This document shows, piece after piece, positions 1 through 13,394 of a DNA stretch of 64,000 bases. The translations under genes were made by a program, and so were the position numbers. This DNA comes from Eledone cirrhosa. Its lineage: Eukaryota. The notes under the pieces are model-generated. The model had not been told where the DNA came from. It did not search any database and was given only the letters and a program-made list of their open reading frames with translations. Every line of letters begins with the position of its first letter. Within the stretch, counting starts at the first letter, position 1. The stretch lies in the NCBI GenBank assembly GCA_964016885.1, contig OZ024740.1:421228001-421292000 (forward strand). The letters are read 5' to 3'.

Positions 1-1311
1 GATCAACAGAATGACGAGGAACTGCTGCAACTCCGGAAATCATCCTTGAAATTGAAGGAATGCCCGCTGCCCTCTTCTTCGAGTTATATTTGGTGCGACA
101 TCTCCACAGCCCACGAGTGCCCATACGTGCCCCGGAAACATCAACGCGACGTTTTCTCGGCACTGCATTCTCTGGCACATCCTGGCGTCCGCGCCACGCA
201 GAAACTGATGGTTGCTCGCTTTGTGTGGCCCAACATCAACAAGGACACCCGCGAATGGGCTAGGAACTGCATCGCGTGCCAGAAGGCGAAAATTCACTGG
301 CACATCAAAGCCCCGATTGGTTCTTTCGCAACACCTGATGCACGGTTCCAACATGTGCATATAGACATCGTTGGACCTTTGCCTCCTTCTCACAACTACA
401 CCCATCTTCTCACCTGTGTCGACCGATTTTCTCGCTGGCCAGAAGCTTTTCCTCTGACGGATATTACTGCGGAAACCGTCGCCAAAACGCTAGTGTTTCA
501 CTGGGTTTCGCGTTTCGGCACACCCACGACCATCACTACGGGTAGAGGACGTCAGTTCGATTCGCACCTCTTTACCGAGCTGACTCGTCTCCTCGGGTGC
601 AAACACATCCGTACAACAGCGTATCACCCTGCCGCTAACGGCATGGTAGAACGCTTACACCGCCAGCTAAAATCATCTATCAAGGCTTACGAAGACTCCA
701 CTAACTGGTTCGAATACCTCCCACTCATTCTTCTTGGTATTCGTTCCACTGTTAAGGAGGGAGTCGGACATTCTCCGGCTGAAATGGTGTATGGCACCGT
801 ACTCACTCTACCCGGACAAATGATCGCTCCTGTTTCGCCACAAGAACTTCCAGACCCTACAAAATATGTGCACCGTTTACGGTCATCGATGTCGCATCTG
901 TCTCCTTCAGCCCCTAAACAACAGCACGTTACTTCACACATACCAAAAGACATCGATACATGGACGCATGTTTTCGTTAGAAATGACGGTATTCCATCGC
1001 AACTTCGTCCGCCGTATTCCGGGCCCTATAAGGTGATACAGAAACGCCTTAAGTATTTCGTCTTCGACTTGAACGGGAAACGAAATACCGTCTCCATTGA
1101 TCGTTTAAAAAAAGCGTTCATAGAACAGGAATTGCCACCAGTACCCACCGTTTCTCCAGCAGACTCACCAACAACTTTGTCCAACACAAACACGACAAAT
1201 TCTGCACAACCCCGACACACCAAATCCGGAAGAACAGTCCGATGGCCCACGCGATACGTACAAGTTTATCGGGTAAGTACAAATTATGCATCTGGTCGAC
1301 ATTTCGGCTAA
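1..1311 (+). CDS. Gypsy pol C-terminus: integrase (HHCC zinc finger, DDE core, GPY/F motif); probably catalytically dead
   Basis: Frame 1 open from base 1 to TAA 1309-1311; [26 protein letters not shown] (usual TTDRGRQF), [16 protein letters not shown]. Confidence 0.9.
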   Translation, partial: DQQNDEELLQLRKSSLKLKECPLPSSSSYIWCDISTAHECPYVPRKHQRDVFSALHSLAHPGVRATQKLMVARFVWPNINKDTREWARNCIACQKAKIHWHIKAPIGSFATPDARFQHVHIDIVGPLPPSHNYTHLLTCVDRFSRWPEAFPLTDITAETVAKTLVFHWVSRFGTPTTITTGRGRQFDSHLFTELTRLLGCKHIRTTAYHPAANGMVERLHRQLKSSIKAYEDSTNWFEYLPLILLGIRSTVKEGVGHSPAEMVYGTVLTLPGQMIAPVSPQELPDPTKYVHRLRSSMSHLSPSAPKQQHVTSHIPKDIDTWTHVFVRNDGIPSQLRPPYSGPYKVIQKRLKYFVFDLNGKRNTVSIDRLKKAFIEQELPPVPTVSPADSPTTLSNTNTTNSAQPRHTKSGRTVRWPTRYVQVYRVSTNYASGRHFG

Positions 1312-1687
1312 TTTGTACATTTCAACGAATCGGCCAATTTCTGTGGTCATGAACTATTGTTACACACAAATCAATTAACTCTGTGCATCACCCACATCAA
1401 AAGAACAGACAAAAGAACATTTTTCCGTTTCTATGAAATGAACGAACTTTTAATCAACAAACTTTTCGTACAAACATTTTCAATTTTATGTAACATCACA
1501 GTACATTTTCCTGCATGTAAATTTCTTTTGCTTTGCATGTTTTCTTTCATTTCTCCTGTTTGTAAATGACTTTCATGTGTTTTTTAGTTTTACTGATTTT
1601 CTTTAACAACGCACCTAGTCATACTTATCTTCATTCCACATGGACCTAGATCGTTAAATCTTAGCTTTCTCACTGGAAGGGGGGTAC

Positions 1688-2394
1688 TATAACGGCGGCG
1701 AAGATTCGAAACCGAATCTGAGCTTTCCCACCTCTGGGACAAGCCGTGGTAACTTGTTTACGCTCAAGAGATTAACCCCTTGGGAGAGGCTAAACACAGG
1801 TCAGAGGTGTTTACGCCTGACAGAAAATAGGTCAGAAGATATATCCATCTTTCTGACTTGTTTACGCTTGGCAAACTAATCCCTTGGGAGACTAACCAAA
1901 GTTCAGAGGATATATCTATCCTTCTAACTTCAACTCTTATAAATACAGGGATTGTTTACGCCTCGAGTAGAAAAGAAGTGAGATACAGACAAGACAAGTC
2001 GTTTTTACAAGCTCTCGTCACGAAAAACCAGTCTGCCACTTATTCTCACCTTCCTGGCTGATCGCTGACTCCTGCAATACAAATAAGTAAATATACTGAT
2101 ACGCTGCACACACGCATTCATAGTGAGTCCAGCATGTGTACACGCACCATTCATTTCTGTTTACACATATTATAATCGTATTCTGTGATACTTGAATTTA
2201 CGTGGCTCGAAGAGTCACCAAATTATTGTATGAATATTTTGTGTCAATTATTTTATCATTCAATATTCAGATTGAATATTGTAATAAAATAAACAACACA
2301 ATCCTGGTATTTTTCTTTACATCGAAACCACCAAACCAACAGTAACATCCATCCATCCACTTATCGTTACAACCACACATAATATTCCGTTACA
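1688..2394 (+). repeat. 3' LTR (~707 bp)
   Basis: Starts 3 nt after the PPT; inverted terminal octamers; TATAAATA near 1938 and AATAAA near 2283; short internal direct repeat (cttgtttacgct...cccttgggaga). Confidence 0.85.
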
Positions 2395-3660
2395 GTAGTA
2401 TTAGTTTTAGTGGTAGTGTTAGTGTTCAGGTTAATGTTCGTGTTAATGTCAGTTTTAGTGTTAGTGTTCAGGTTAGTGTTTACGGTAGTGTTAGTTTTAG
2501 TGTTAGTGTTATTTTTTCCATTACTGTTAGTATTTTATTTTGTGTTAATGTTTGTGTTAGTGTTTCCATTAGTGTTAGTGCTAGTCTTTGTTTTTCTGTT
2601 AATGTTAGTGTTTGTTTTAGTGTTGAGGTTAATGTTAGCTTAGTTTTCTGGTTAGTATCAGTTTTAGTGTTAGTGTTCAGGTTAGTGTTAGTGTTTTTTT
2701 TTTTGTGTTAGTTTTTATGGTAGTGTTAGTGTTAGTGCTCAGATCAGTGTTAGTGTTTGTGTTACTGTTTATGGTAGTGTTAGTTTTAGTGCTAGTGTTT
2801 AGGTTAATGTTTGTTTTAGTGTAAGTGTTCAGGTTAGTGTTAGTGTTAATGTTAGTTTTAGTGTTAAGGTTAGTGTTAGAGATTGTGTTAGTGTTTCTTT
2901 TTGTGTTAATATTTGTGTTAGTATCTCTGTTAGCATTAGTGATTGATGTTTCCATTAGTGTTAGGGATTGTGTTAGCGTTAGTCTTTGTTTTTGTGTTAA
3001 TGTTAGCATTAGTATTTCTGTTAGTGTTAGCATTAGTGTTTATGTTAGTTTTCAGGTTAATGTTAGCTTAGTTTTCAGGTTAGAGTTAGTGTTCAAGTTA
3101 ATGTTAGTTTTAGTGTTAGTGTTAGAGATTGTGTTAGTGTTTGTCTTTGTGTTAATATTTGTGTTAGTATCTCTGTTAGCGCTAGTGTTTGTTTTAGTGT
3201 TGAAGTTAATGTTAGCTTAGTTTTCTGGTTAGTATCAGTTTTCAGATTAGTGTTTGTGTTAGTGTTACTTTTAGTGTTAGTGGTCAGGTCAGTGTTAGTA
3301 TTTATGGTAGTGTTAGTTTTAGTGCTAGTGTTCAGGCTAATGTTTGTGCTAATGTTAGTTTTAGTGTAAGTGTTCAGGCTAGTGTTAGTGTTTGTATTAG
3401 TGTTTACGGTAGTGTTAGTTTTAGTGCTGATGTTCAGGTTAGTGTTAGTGTCAGTTTTAGTGTTAGTGTTCAGGTTAGTGTTTGTGTTAGTTTTCTATTT
3501 AATGTTAGTTTTCAGATTTTGTGTTTGTGTTAGTTTTCATGTTAGTGCTAAGTTCACTGTTAGAGCATGTGTGAGTGCAAGTGTTAGAGCATGTGTGAGT
3601 GCAAGTGTTAGAGCATGTGTGAGTGCAAGTGTTAGAGCATGTGTGAGTGCAAGTGTTAGG
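2395..3660. repeat. Degenerate (TTAGTG)n hexamer satellite, ending in 4 copies of a 24-bp unit (gttagagcatgtgtgagtgcaagt)
   Basis: Visible periodicity; produces spurious poly-LV / poly-TN ORFs. Confidence 0.9.
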
Positions 3661-4034
3661 GTAAGTTATTTTTAGAGTTCGGTTTTAGCTTAAAGTTAGG
3701 TTTTCTACTTTCCAGGAAAAAAGTTGATCCTCTCTAACTTGAGTGGTGTGATATAGTGTGGTAAAGTATAGTGTTTCATAGTCTTGTGTGGTGTTGTCTA
3801 TTGTTGTATAGTGTAGTATGGTATATTGTTTCATAGCACGGTCTGATGTGAGCTCGTACAGTGTTTCGTAGTGTGGTGTTGGATAATGTGGTATGGTATA
3901 ATGTTTGTCAGTGTGGTGTGGTATGGTATGGTATAGGTTGAGGTAGTGTGGCTTAGTTTGATTATAATAATACAAATAATAAAAACAATAATAATAGTAA
4001 TAATAATTGTTCTTCTTGTTCATTTTCTTTGTTT

Positions 4035-4322
4035 TCTTCTGTGCCTTTGACTTCTTCTGTGCCTTTGACTTCTTCTGTGCTTTTGACTTCTTCTGCTCCT
4101 TTGACTTCTTCTGTGCCTTTGACTTCTTCTGTGCCTTTGACTTCTTCTGTGCCTTTGACTTCTTCTGTGCCTTTGACTTCTTCTGTGCTTTTGACTTCTT
4201 CTGTGCCTTTGACTTCTTCTGTGCCTTTGACTTCTTCTGTGCTTTTGACTTCTTCTGTGCCTTTGACTTCTTCTGTGCCTTTGACTTCTTCTGTGCTTTT
4301 GACTTCTTCTGTGCCTTTATCT
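4035..4322. repeat. 18-bp minisatellite (ttctgtgcctttgacttc) x ~16
   Basis: Near-perfect tandem copies. Confidence 0.95.
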
Positions 4323-4764
4323 TCTCCTCTGCCATCTAAATACCAAAAACAAAGAATATAAAACATATATGTTGCCTATCTCTCAGACTTTACAAAGTGC
4401 TGAGGAGATAAAATTAATTTAAAGAGCAGTGTCCTCATGCACTGTGATCCTATAATGTAGCTTATAAGCTATTTCATAACTAAAAAACAATGTCAAACAT
4501 CAACAAAAGTATATACAAATATCTTTGAATGTTTAAGTTAAACCTAAATAGATTGTATCTACAGGTCATTAGGTTAAGGCTGAACTAAGATCATATCTAT
4601 AAATTATTAGGTTTAGACTGAACTGAGATCATACTTTCTTCTTCTTTTCGTCATCTTCGTTTCCCGTGTCTTCTTTGTCTTTGTTGTCATTTTCATTTTA
4701 GTCATCTGCTTCGTCGTCTTTTTCTTCTTTTTCATCTAAATATAAAAAAAAATTGTAAACAAAT

Positions 4765-5260
4765 ATATAGATTTCTATTTATTGCCACTAGGGCGCAAAA
4801 GAAGGGGACAAATACAAGGGGGGAGTTTAGAAAAAAAGGCGAGTAAAGAAAACAATTAACAAATATAAAATTAACAATAAAGTCCTCAATATGGAGGGGG
4901 CGTTTGGGGGGTCGCACCCCCCCCCCCGAAAAAAGAGTGCAACCCCTTCTCCCCAGGAGCACAGAGAGAGGGTGCTCCCACGTTCCTTCCTTTTTTCCAC
5001 CTACAGGCTGATGTAGAGAGAAGGTGCATTCACACGGGCCATTCTCGCCACTTTCACCCACCTTTCATAAAAACGACTGGGGTTGAGCATCTCTCTCCAT
5101 CCTGATCCTTCTTCCGAAATGATATCGGAAGAAACGGATCAGTTGTTGGCCAGAGAGAAAGGTGCCTGACCTGAGTCCTTTCAGACGCGTCCACCATACA
5201 ACCTCTTTCACCATGGCTATTACGCACAGAAACACTGCCTCTCCTTCATTTTTGGACAGG
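4765..5260 (-). mobile_element. L1/Tx1-like LINE 3' end fragment
   Basis: [37 protein letters not shown], homologous to the copy at 16335-17065; shared tail gcgccctagtggcaataaata. Confidence 0.7.
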
Positions 5261-5274
5261 TGAGTTTTTTTCTG

Positions 5275-5660
5275 CACCATGAGGAATGACAGAAGCTTTG
5301 GGCACCTCTCGGGTCTGATTGCTTTGGCCTTGGCTGTCATGCCAAGGTTCCTGTTCACAGCTCTGGACACTGTGGAATGGAACATATTGCATTTCTTTGC
5401 AAGAGTTGTCATGGATATGGATCGGTTGGCTTCAATCGAGCGTTTGAGGCCAGTGAGAAACTTTGATTTGCGCTTAGAATCACTTTGAGTCTTGTGTTCT
5501 TTCCTATCAATCTTTCCCTCTTTAAATTGTTTATACACACGTTAAACTGTTGCTTTTGGAAGTTTCGTCAACTTAACAATTTTATTGGCAATATTCCTGG
5601 TGCCAAAACAACAATGGAGGAACGATTCTGTTGTTCCATGACTTTCTCTTGTCTAATCAG
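5275..5660 (-). mobile_element. Tc1/mariner transposase N-terminal (HTH) remnant
   Basis: ATG at 5639; MEQQNRSSIV...RKEHKTQSDSKR..FLTGLKRSIEAN..SMTTLAKK..STVSRAV..LG, with stop/frameshift. Confidence 0.7.
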
Positions 5661-5749
5661 TTTTTAATTTTTTTTTTTTTGTATTTAGATGGAAGACAAA
5701 ACAAAGATGAAGAGAACAATGAAGAACAATAAAAAGAGGATAAAGATGA

Positions 5750-6030
5750 AGAACCACGCCACACCACACTGCACCACGCCACACTACATCACACCATACA
5801 GTACTACACTACACCACACTACATCACACCACACCACACCTCACTACACCTCACCACACCCTACCTCATATTGCACCACACCACATCACACCACACCATA
5901 CACAACACACCACACCACACCAACCACACCACACTACAGCACAACACATCACACTACACTACACTACAACACAGCACACCAGACTACAGCACAACACATT
6001 ACACTACACTATAGCACAACACCACACCCA
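5750..6030. repeat. (CACTA/CACCA)n pentamer-type simple repeat; similar tracts at ~3740-3960 (inverse), 7100-7285 and 9320-9935
   Basis: Visible low-complexity periodicity. Confidence 0.85.
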
Positions 6031-6379
6031 AAATTTTTTCCTCATTTTTTTTTTCCTGTGCTATCAACTAATCTGAACTCTAAGATGCTATCAACTTTCT
6101 CTTCCTGGAAAACTGAGGGTTGGGGTGGGTGCACTTCTCTCGTTTAACCTCACCCCCAACTGAGAGTTTTCTTTAAGATTTTTCATGTTATCAACGAATA
6201 TGACCTCTAAACCAGTTGGAAATGACTAGTTTTTCTAGAAGAGGGAGGGGTAAAGGGGGTGACCATCGTTGTTTTGTAGATATACACCGGAATGATTTTT
6301 TTCCAATGTTCTTTTGTGTGCTGTCAACTAATCTGAGCTCTTAGTTGCTCTGAATCAATTTTTTTTTTCTGGTATTGGG

Positions 6380-6705
6380 AAACCCTAAATTAAAACTAAA
6401 TTAAACTTAATATTAAATTTAACCTTAAACTCTAAATCTAAATATAAACTTAATCCCAACCCTTAAACTAAACCCTAAACATTACCCCAACCTTAAAACT
6501 AAACCATAAACATTACCCCCAACCTTAAAACTAAACCCTAAACATTACCCCAACCTTAAAACTAAACCATAAACATTACCCCAAGCCTAAATCTAAACCA
6601 TAAACATTACCCCAACCTTAAAATTAAACCCTAAACATAACCCCAATCCTCAAACTAAACCCTAAACATCACTCCAACCCTAAAATTAAACCCTAAACCT
6701 AACCC
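6380..6705. repeat. ~30-bp tandem repeat made of telomere-like CCCTAA/CCTTAA words
   Basis: Unit aaccctaaacattaccccaaccttaaaact, about 8 copies. Confidence 0.75.
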
Positions 6706-7399
6706 GGGGAAATAAGTTGATTACAAACATCTAGGAGCTCAGGAAAAATGCCGAAAATAATTATGTCCCACAACACGTGAATGGGATGTAGATCTGCAAA
6801 ACTCTACCCTCTTCCCTCTCCTTTTTCTCTAAAGCTAGTTGTGTTTCACTGGTTTGGAAGTCATATTCACTGATGATGCATGAAAATAGAAACATAGAGA
6901 AAATTCTGAGTACACAGGGGTTATCCGGGGAAAGGGGTTTGAACATCTTGGAGATCGGATTAGTTGATACCACATGAAATATTAGATGAAAAGATTTTTC
7001 CCACTAAAATCAAAGAAAAGGAAGAAGGAAAAGAAGACATCACACAGAAGACAAAGAAGAAAACTACATCACATCATAGAGAAAAAAAGAAAGACAAAGA
7101 CACCCTCACACCACAGCACATCACACCACCCTACACTACACCACACTACAATACACTACAGCACATCACATCACACCACCCTACACTACACCACACTACA
7201 GTACACTACATTGCTCTATACAACACTATACCACACTAAGTTCACTGCACCACACTACCCCACACTTCACTACACCACACCATTGTCCACTCTAAAACAA
7301 CTGATCTATTTCGCAGGTATGACCAGTTACAGTAAGAGAAAGAAAGTTATTTCAAAGGATCTGAGTAAGTAAACATTTTATTGACCATCATTTTAAGGC

Positions 7400-7770
7400 A
7401 TGATCTCAGTGTAGTTTTAAATTGACCTCTTGATATAATTACACCTCAGTCTTAACTTAATGACCTGTAGATATTACACCTCAGTCTTAACTTAATGACC
7501 TGTAGATATTACACCCCAGTCTTAAATTAATGACCTATAGATATAATTACACCCCAGTCTTAACTTAATGACCTATAGATATAATTACACCCCAGTCTTA
7601 ACTTAATGACCTATAGATATAATTACACCCCAGTCTTAACTTAATGACCTATAGATATAATTACACCCCAGTCTTAAATTAATTACCTATAGATATAATT
7701 ACACCCCAGTCTTAAATTAATGACCTATATGATCTCAATTCAGTCTTACATTAATGACCTGTAGATGGAT
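7400..7770. repeat. 38-bp minisatellite (aattacaccccagtcttaacttaatgacctatagatat) x ~9
   Basis: Period 38 (e.g. 7621 to 7659). Confidence 0.9.
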
Positions 7771-8294
7771 GCTACATGTGTATTAACATTAGTCTAATGA
7801 TGTTTTCACCCACAACATCCCACCACATCATACTGTACCACATCACATGACACCATGCTATACCACACCACACACACACACACATACACACACACATATA
7901 TATATATATATGAGCCCACCACACTTTATATTAACTTAATCTCCTAAAGCACTTTGTGAAAGTCTGAGAGATCAGCTACGTATATATTTCTTTACAATTT
8001 ACAATTTTAAAAATATTTAGTTGGAAGAGAAGAAAAAGACAAAGAAGAAGACAACAAAAATGAAGACAATGACGAAAACAAAAATGTGGAAAACGAAGAT
8101 GAAATGACGGCAAAGACAAAGGAGGAGAAGACGAAGGTATGATTTCAGTTCAATCTTAACTTAATGACCTATAGATATGATTACACCTCAGTCTTAAGTT
8201 AATGGACTGTAAACATGATCTTAGTTCAGTCTTAACTGACTACTCAGATAAGCCGGGGACCTGCAACTTGCTTACATACATTTCAGCACTTTAT

Positions 8295-8910
8295 TCAAAG
8301 TCTGTTAGCCAATGTCACCTTAGCTGCACAGTAAAAACACACCTCAGACCCTCAACAGTTAGTCAGTGGCATATTGTCTGGGTAGTAAAAAACACACCTC
8401 AGACCATCAGAAATCTGTTAGTCAGTGTCACCTCAGTTGAGCAGTAAAAACAAACCTCAGGTCATCAGCAGACTGATAGTTTGTGTCACCTTAAATAAGC
8501 AATGAAAACACACATCAGGCACTCAACAATCATTTAGTCAACTTATGCCCTCAACAGTTAGTTAGTGGCACATTGTCTGGGTAGTAAAAACACACCTCAA
8601 ACCCTCAATAGTCTGTTAGTCAGTGTCACCTTATTTGAGCAGTAAAAACACACATGTGGCCCTCACCAGCCAGTTAGTTATTTTCACCTCAACTGAGCAA
8701 TGAAAATTACCTCTGGCTCCTAACTGAATTTTAGAGAGTGTCACCTTAGCTGAGCAGTGAAAACACACTTGTGGCCTTCAGCAGTCTGTTAGTATCTGTC
8801 ACCTTAACTTAGCAATGAAAACACACCCCTGGCCCTCAGGAGTCTGTCAATTAGTTTCACATTAACTGAACAAGAAAAACACACCTCTATCCCTCAACAG
8901 TCAGTCACTT
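8295..8910. repeat. Diverged ~59-bp tandem repeat (gtcaccttagctgagcagtaaaaacacacctcagaccctcaacagtctgttagtca) x ~10
   Basis: Recurrent gtcacctt..agca..aaaacacac motif at about 60-bp spacing. Confidence 0.8.
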
Positions 8911-10019
8911 TTGACTAAAACTCATAGATGCGAGACTCCAGCATGGTCGCAGTTCATTGTCTGATATCAGTAAAAGATGAGCATTGTAGCTATAGATACA
9001 TTATGACAGTTTTCTCTTTGTGTTAAGTGGACTTAACATTCAAAGATATTTGTATATATTTTGTTGATGTGTGACATTGTTTTCTAGTTACGAAATAGCT
9101 TAAAAGCTACTTTATAGGATTACAGAGCATGAGCACACTGCTCTTTAAATTAACTTTATCTCCTCAGCACTTCGTAAAGTTTCTTTGTTTTTTGGTATTT
9201 AGATGGAAGAGGAGAAGACGAAGACACAGAAGAAGATAAAGAAGATGAACAAGAAGAACAATTATTATTACTATTATTATTATTATTATTACAATTATTA
9301 TTTGTATTATTATAATCAAACTATGCCACACTACACTATACTATACCACACTATGAAATACTATACCATACCACACCACACCACGAAACAGTATACCATG
9401 CTACATTATACGACACCACATCATACTATGAAACACTATACTATACTACACCACACCACACTATGAAACACTATAATATACCACACTATACAATATACTA
9501 CACCATACCACACTACAAAACACTATACTATACCACACTATACAACAATATACTACACCACACCACACTATACAACAATATACTACCCCACACCACGAAA
9601 CACTATACTACACCATACTATACCACAATATACCACACCATACTATGAAATACTACACTATACCACACTATACAACAATATACTACCCCACATCACACTA
9701 TGAAACACTATACTATACCACACTATACAACACCACACCATGAAACACTGTACTATACAACACTATACAACACCACACCATGAAACACTGTACTATACAA
9801 CACTATACTACACCACACTATGAAACACTATACTATACCACACTATACAACACCACACCATGAAACACTGCACTATACAACACTACACCAAACCATACTA
9901 TGAAACACTATACTATACCACACTATAACACACCACTTAAGTTAGAGGGAGTCAACTTTTTTACCTGGAAAGCAGAAAACCTAACTGTAAACTAAAACTG
10001 AACCCTAAAAATAACACTT

Positions 10020-10830
10020 GCCCTAACACATACCATAGCAGTTAACGTAACACTAATGCTAACATGAAAACTAACACTAACCCTAACGCTAACCTTAACA
10101 CTAACACTAACATAACACTAACACTAACCCTAACACTAATCTTAACACTAACCTTAGCACTAACCTTAGCACTAACCTTAGCACTAACACTATCATTAAC
10201 CTTAACACTAACACTATCACTAACACTATCACTAACACTAACCTTAAACTTAACATTAACCTTAACATTAACACTAACCTTAACACTAATATTAACACTA
10301 ACCTTAACACTAATATTAACACTAACCTTAACACTAACACTAACCTTAACACTAACACTAATACTAACACTAACCTTAACACTAACACTAATATTAACAC
10401 TAACCTTAACACTAACACTAACACTAACCTTAACCTTAACACTAACCTTAACATTAACACTAACATTAACACTAACATTAACACTAACCTTAACACTAAC
10501 ATTAACCTTAACACTAACCTTAACCTTAACCTTAACACTAACATTAACACTAACATTAACATTAACACAAACATTAACACTAACCTTAACATTAACATTA
10601 ACACTAACCTTAACATTAACCTTAATACTAACCTTAACACTAACATTAACACTAACACTAACCTTAACCTTAACATTAACCTTAACACTAACCTTAACAC
10701 TAACATTAACCTTAACACTAACATTAATCTTAACACTAACCTTAACACTAACACTAACCTTAACACTAACACTAGCCAGAAAACAAACACTGGCAATAAA
10801 CTTAACATTAGCAGTAAAACTTACCCTTAG
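10020..10830. repeat. (CACTAA/CCTTAA)n hexamer satellite, inverse of 2395-3660
   Basis: Visible periodicity; spurious poly-TL ORF. Confidence 0.9.
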
Positions 10831-10849
10831 AAAACTGTAAAACTAAGAC

Positions 10850-12374
10850 TAATCCAGGGAAAAAGTTAGAGGATAGGCATTACATTTTAAAGATTTTAAG
10901 TTAGAGGGAATCACACTATAGCACACAACACAATGACACAGCACACCACACCACACTAACCTACACTACACCAAACCAGATTATACCACACACCAGTAAA
11001 TTTATAGAACACCAGTTTCTTTTCTTTTCTTTTTTTGTTTATCACACAATATGACTGCCAAGGTGCTGACTATTGACTATTTTTTTCACATATTATCAAT
11101 GAATGTGACTTTGAAACCTGTCGTAAATGACTGGCTTTGTAGAAAAATGAGGGAGGAAAGTGGGTGGAAAGACCTTTCACAAAGCTAGTCATTAATGATT
11201 GGAGTGGAAATCATATTCGTTGATAACATGCTAAAAAATAGTCATTTGCGAGCATTTTGGAGGTCAGATAAGTTGATAGCACGTGAAAAAATTGAAGGAA
11301 AATATTATTTTCCGATTTAATCGAAGTAGAAATTAAACTCCTTGTTAGAAAGAAACACATTATAAAAAAGGACACTAAACACACCACACCAAACTACACT
11401 ATACTGCACCACACCAAACTACACTATACTGTCATCTCAGTGTCAAAAATTTTATCCGTGTTTTTTTTTTTGTGTTTACCACCAATCTGGCATCAAAGAT
11501 CCTCACAATTGACTATTTTTTCACATGTTATCCATGAAAATGACATGGAAACATGTTCAAAATGCCTTTGTTTGAAACGAGGAGGAAAGTGGTCGGAAAA
11601 ACTGTAACACTAACACAAATGCTAAAGCTGAGGCAAATGCTAACGCCAACGCTGACACAAACACAAATGCTAAGGTAACACTAATGCTGACATGAATACA
11701 ATCACTAAGGTAACACTAAGGCAGACGCTAACGCTGATATCTAAAGCAGGGAAAAACGTTGATTGAAAGCATTTTTGAGGTCATTTTTTAAGTTATATAG
11801 GATATGCATTACATTTTAAATATTTTAAGTTAGATGTAATCACACAACACCACACAACACAATGACACACCACACCACACTACACTAACCTACACTACAC
11901 CAAACCAGACTATACCACACCCCAGTAAATTTATAGAACACCAGGAATTCTACTTGAAAAGTTTTCCTTTTTGTTGTTTTTTTTTTGCTATCACCCAATA
12001 TGACTGCCAAGATGGTAAATTTATTGAAAAACACCTCCTTGATCTCTGTGTAAAAAGGTTTTCTTTTGTGTGTGCTTACCACTGATTCTGACCTCCAAGG
12101 TGCTGGCTATTGACTAGTTTTTTTACATATGATCAATGAATATGACTTTGAAATCTGTCGTAAATGACTGGCTTTGTAGAAGGAAGAGGGTGGAAAGACC
12201 TTTCACAGAGCTAGTCATTTTTTGATTGGAGTGGAAATCATATTTGTTGATAACATGCTAAAAAATAGTCACTTGCGAGCATCTTGGAGGTCAGATAAGT
12301 TGATAGCACATGAAAAACAAAGGAAAACAAATTTTCCAGCTTAAATTATTTTACCTGTCTACCTAATTATATAC

Positions 12375-12416
<42 letters not shown>

Positions 12417-13259
12417 TAGCCGAATTACTCATGCCATGCTGCATTTCACATATTTTTTTTTTGTAAGAAAATGATGATTGATTTTAAATCAGTGATATAA
12501 TTTATGGAGACAATCTCTGCATTTCAATATTGTTCAATGTAAAATATAATGCATGAAAAATTGGAAAACATTATTTTTTGTAATATATTAAATCAAAATT
12601 ACATTATTAAATCTTATTCTTATTTTGTTTCTTGTAAATAGTTTTTTTTAAAATATCAATTCAAAAATTTTGTGAATAGGCATCATATCTTGTCATTTAC
12701 CTATGGTTTAAATTTCATATAAATCAAAATGAAAAAATTTTCAGCGGGGGTTTGTGTCCCAAGGGAACCCTTTGATTAAAATGAAATATACTTATCGAAG
12801 TACCCTGGGCAATGTAGTTTTAGAATATATATGATTATGGGGGTCTATCTCCAAAACCATAGGAATAGTTTGTGAACAAACAAACAAATAGACAGGAATA
12901 CAACTTTATATATACATCTAGCTCCCTATATATATCTATGAATCTATCTCCCTCCATATACCTATCTATACAAACCTACCTAGCAAGCTAAGTATGTCTG
13001 CCTTGCTATTTGTATATCTAACACTAATCCAAGACAAAAAGTTGATTGCAAGCATCTTTGAGGTCACTTTTTAAGTTAGAGAGAATCACATAACACCATA
13101 CAACACAATGACACACCACACCACACTACACTAACCTACACTACACCAAACCAGACTATACCACACTCCGGTAAATTTATAGAACACCAGGATTGTATCT
13201 TGGAGGTCAGATTAGTTGATAGTACACAAAAAATAAAGGAAAAACATTTTCCAGCTTAA

Positions 13260-13260
<1 letters not shown>
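10850..13260. repeat. Three diverged direct copies of a composite module (..ttttaagttagagggaatcac..accaaaccagactataccacac..gtaaatttatagaacaccag..ggaggtcagataagttgatagc..)
   Basis: Matching blocks at ~10850-11320, ~11750-12345 and ~13025-13260. Confidence 0.75.
12416..12915 (-). mobile_element. Non-autonomous Helitron-like element
   Basis: Minus strand begins tatatataaagttg..ctgtctatttgtttgtttg and ends ..cggCTAG next to (TA)n; same architecture as 17245-17764; terminal hairpin degenerate. Confidence 0.5.
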
Positions 13261-13298
<38 letters not shown>

Positions 13299-13334
13299 AA
13301 AGAACACAAGAGCGTCTACAACATCAAAAAAATT

Positions 13335-13394
13335 TGTTATTGGCTTACAATGTTTCTTCCTTACGTAACCGTAGGATTCTTCAGAGCTATAAAA
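13335..13394 (-). ncRNA. Minimal type I hammerhead ribozyme-like motif (left arm)
   Basis: Minus strand: gct-CTGAAGA-atcctacg gtta cgtaaggaa-GAAAC att GTA/agc. Confidence 0.55.

Larger units (their letters stand above)
1..2394 (+). mobile_element. Ty3/Gypsy LTR retrotransposon, 3' half (integrase, PPT, 3' LTR); 5' part outside window
   Basis: Integrase ORF followed by polypurine tract GGAAGGGGGG (1675-1684) and an LTR with inverted termini TATAACGG (for TGTAACGG) ... CCGTTACA. Confidence 0.93.

Noticed and set aside
3685-4366. (KKSKAQ)n / (EEVKGT)n histone-H1-like or antigen-like proteins
   Set aside because: All frames of an 18-bp VNTR are open; flanks are simple repeats; the mirrored arm lacks the array.
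5065-5538. 157-aa ORF as a transposase-LINE fusion gene
   Set aside because: Chance in-frame junction of two adjacent decayed fragments; the upstream transposase part has a stop/frameshift.
6380-6705. True telomere or interstitial (TTAGGG)n
   Set aside because: Only scattered CCCTAA words in a ~30-bp unit; no pure hexamer run.
10064-10840. Poly-TL / poly-LV ORFs (also 2410-3675)
   Set aside because: Translation of hexamer satellite.
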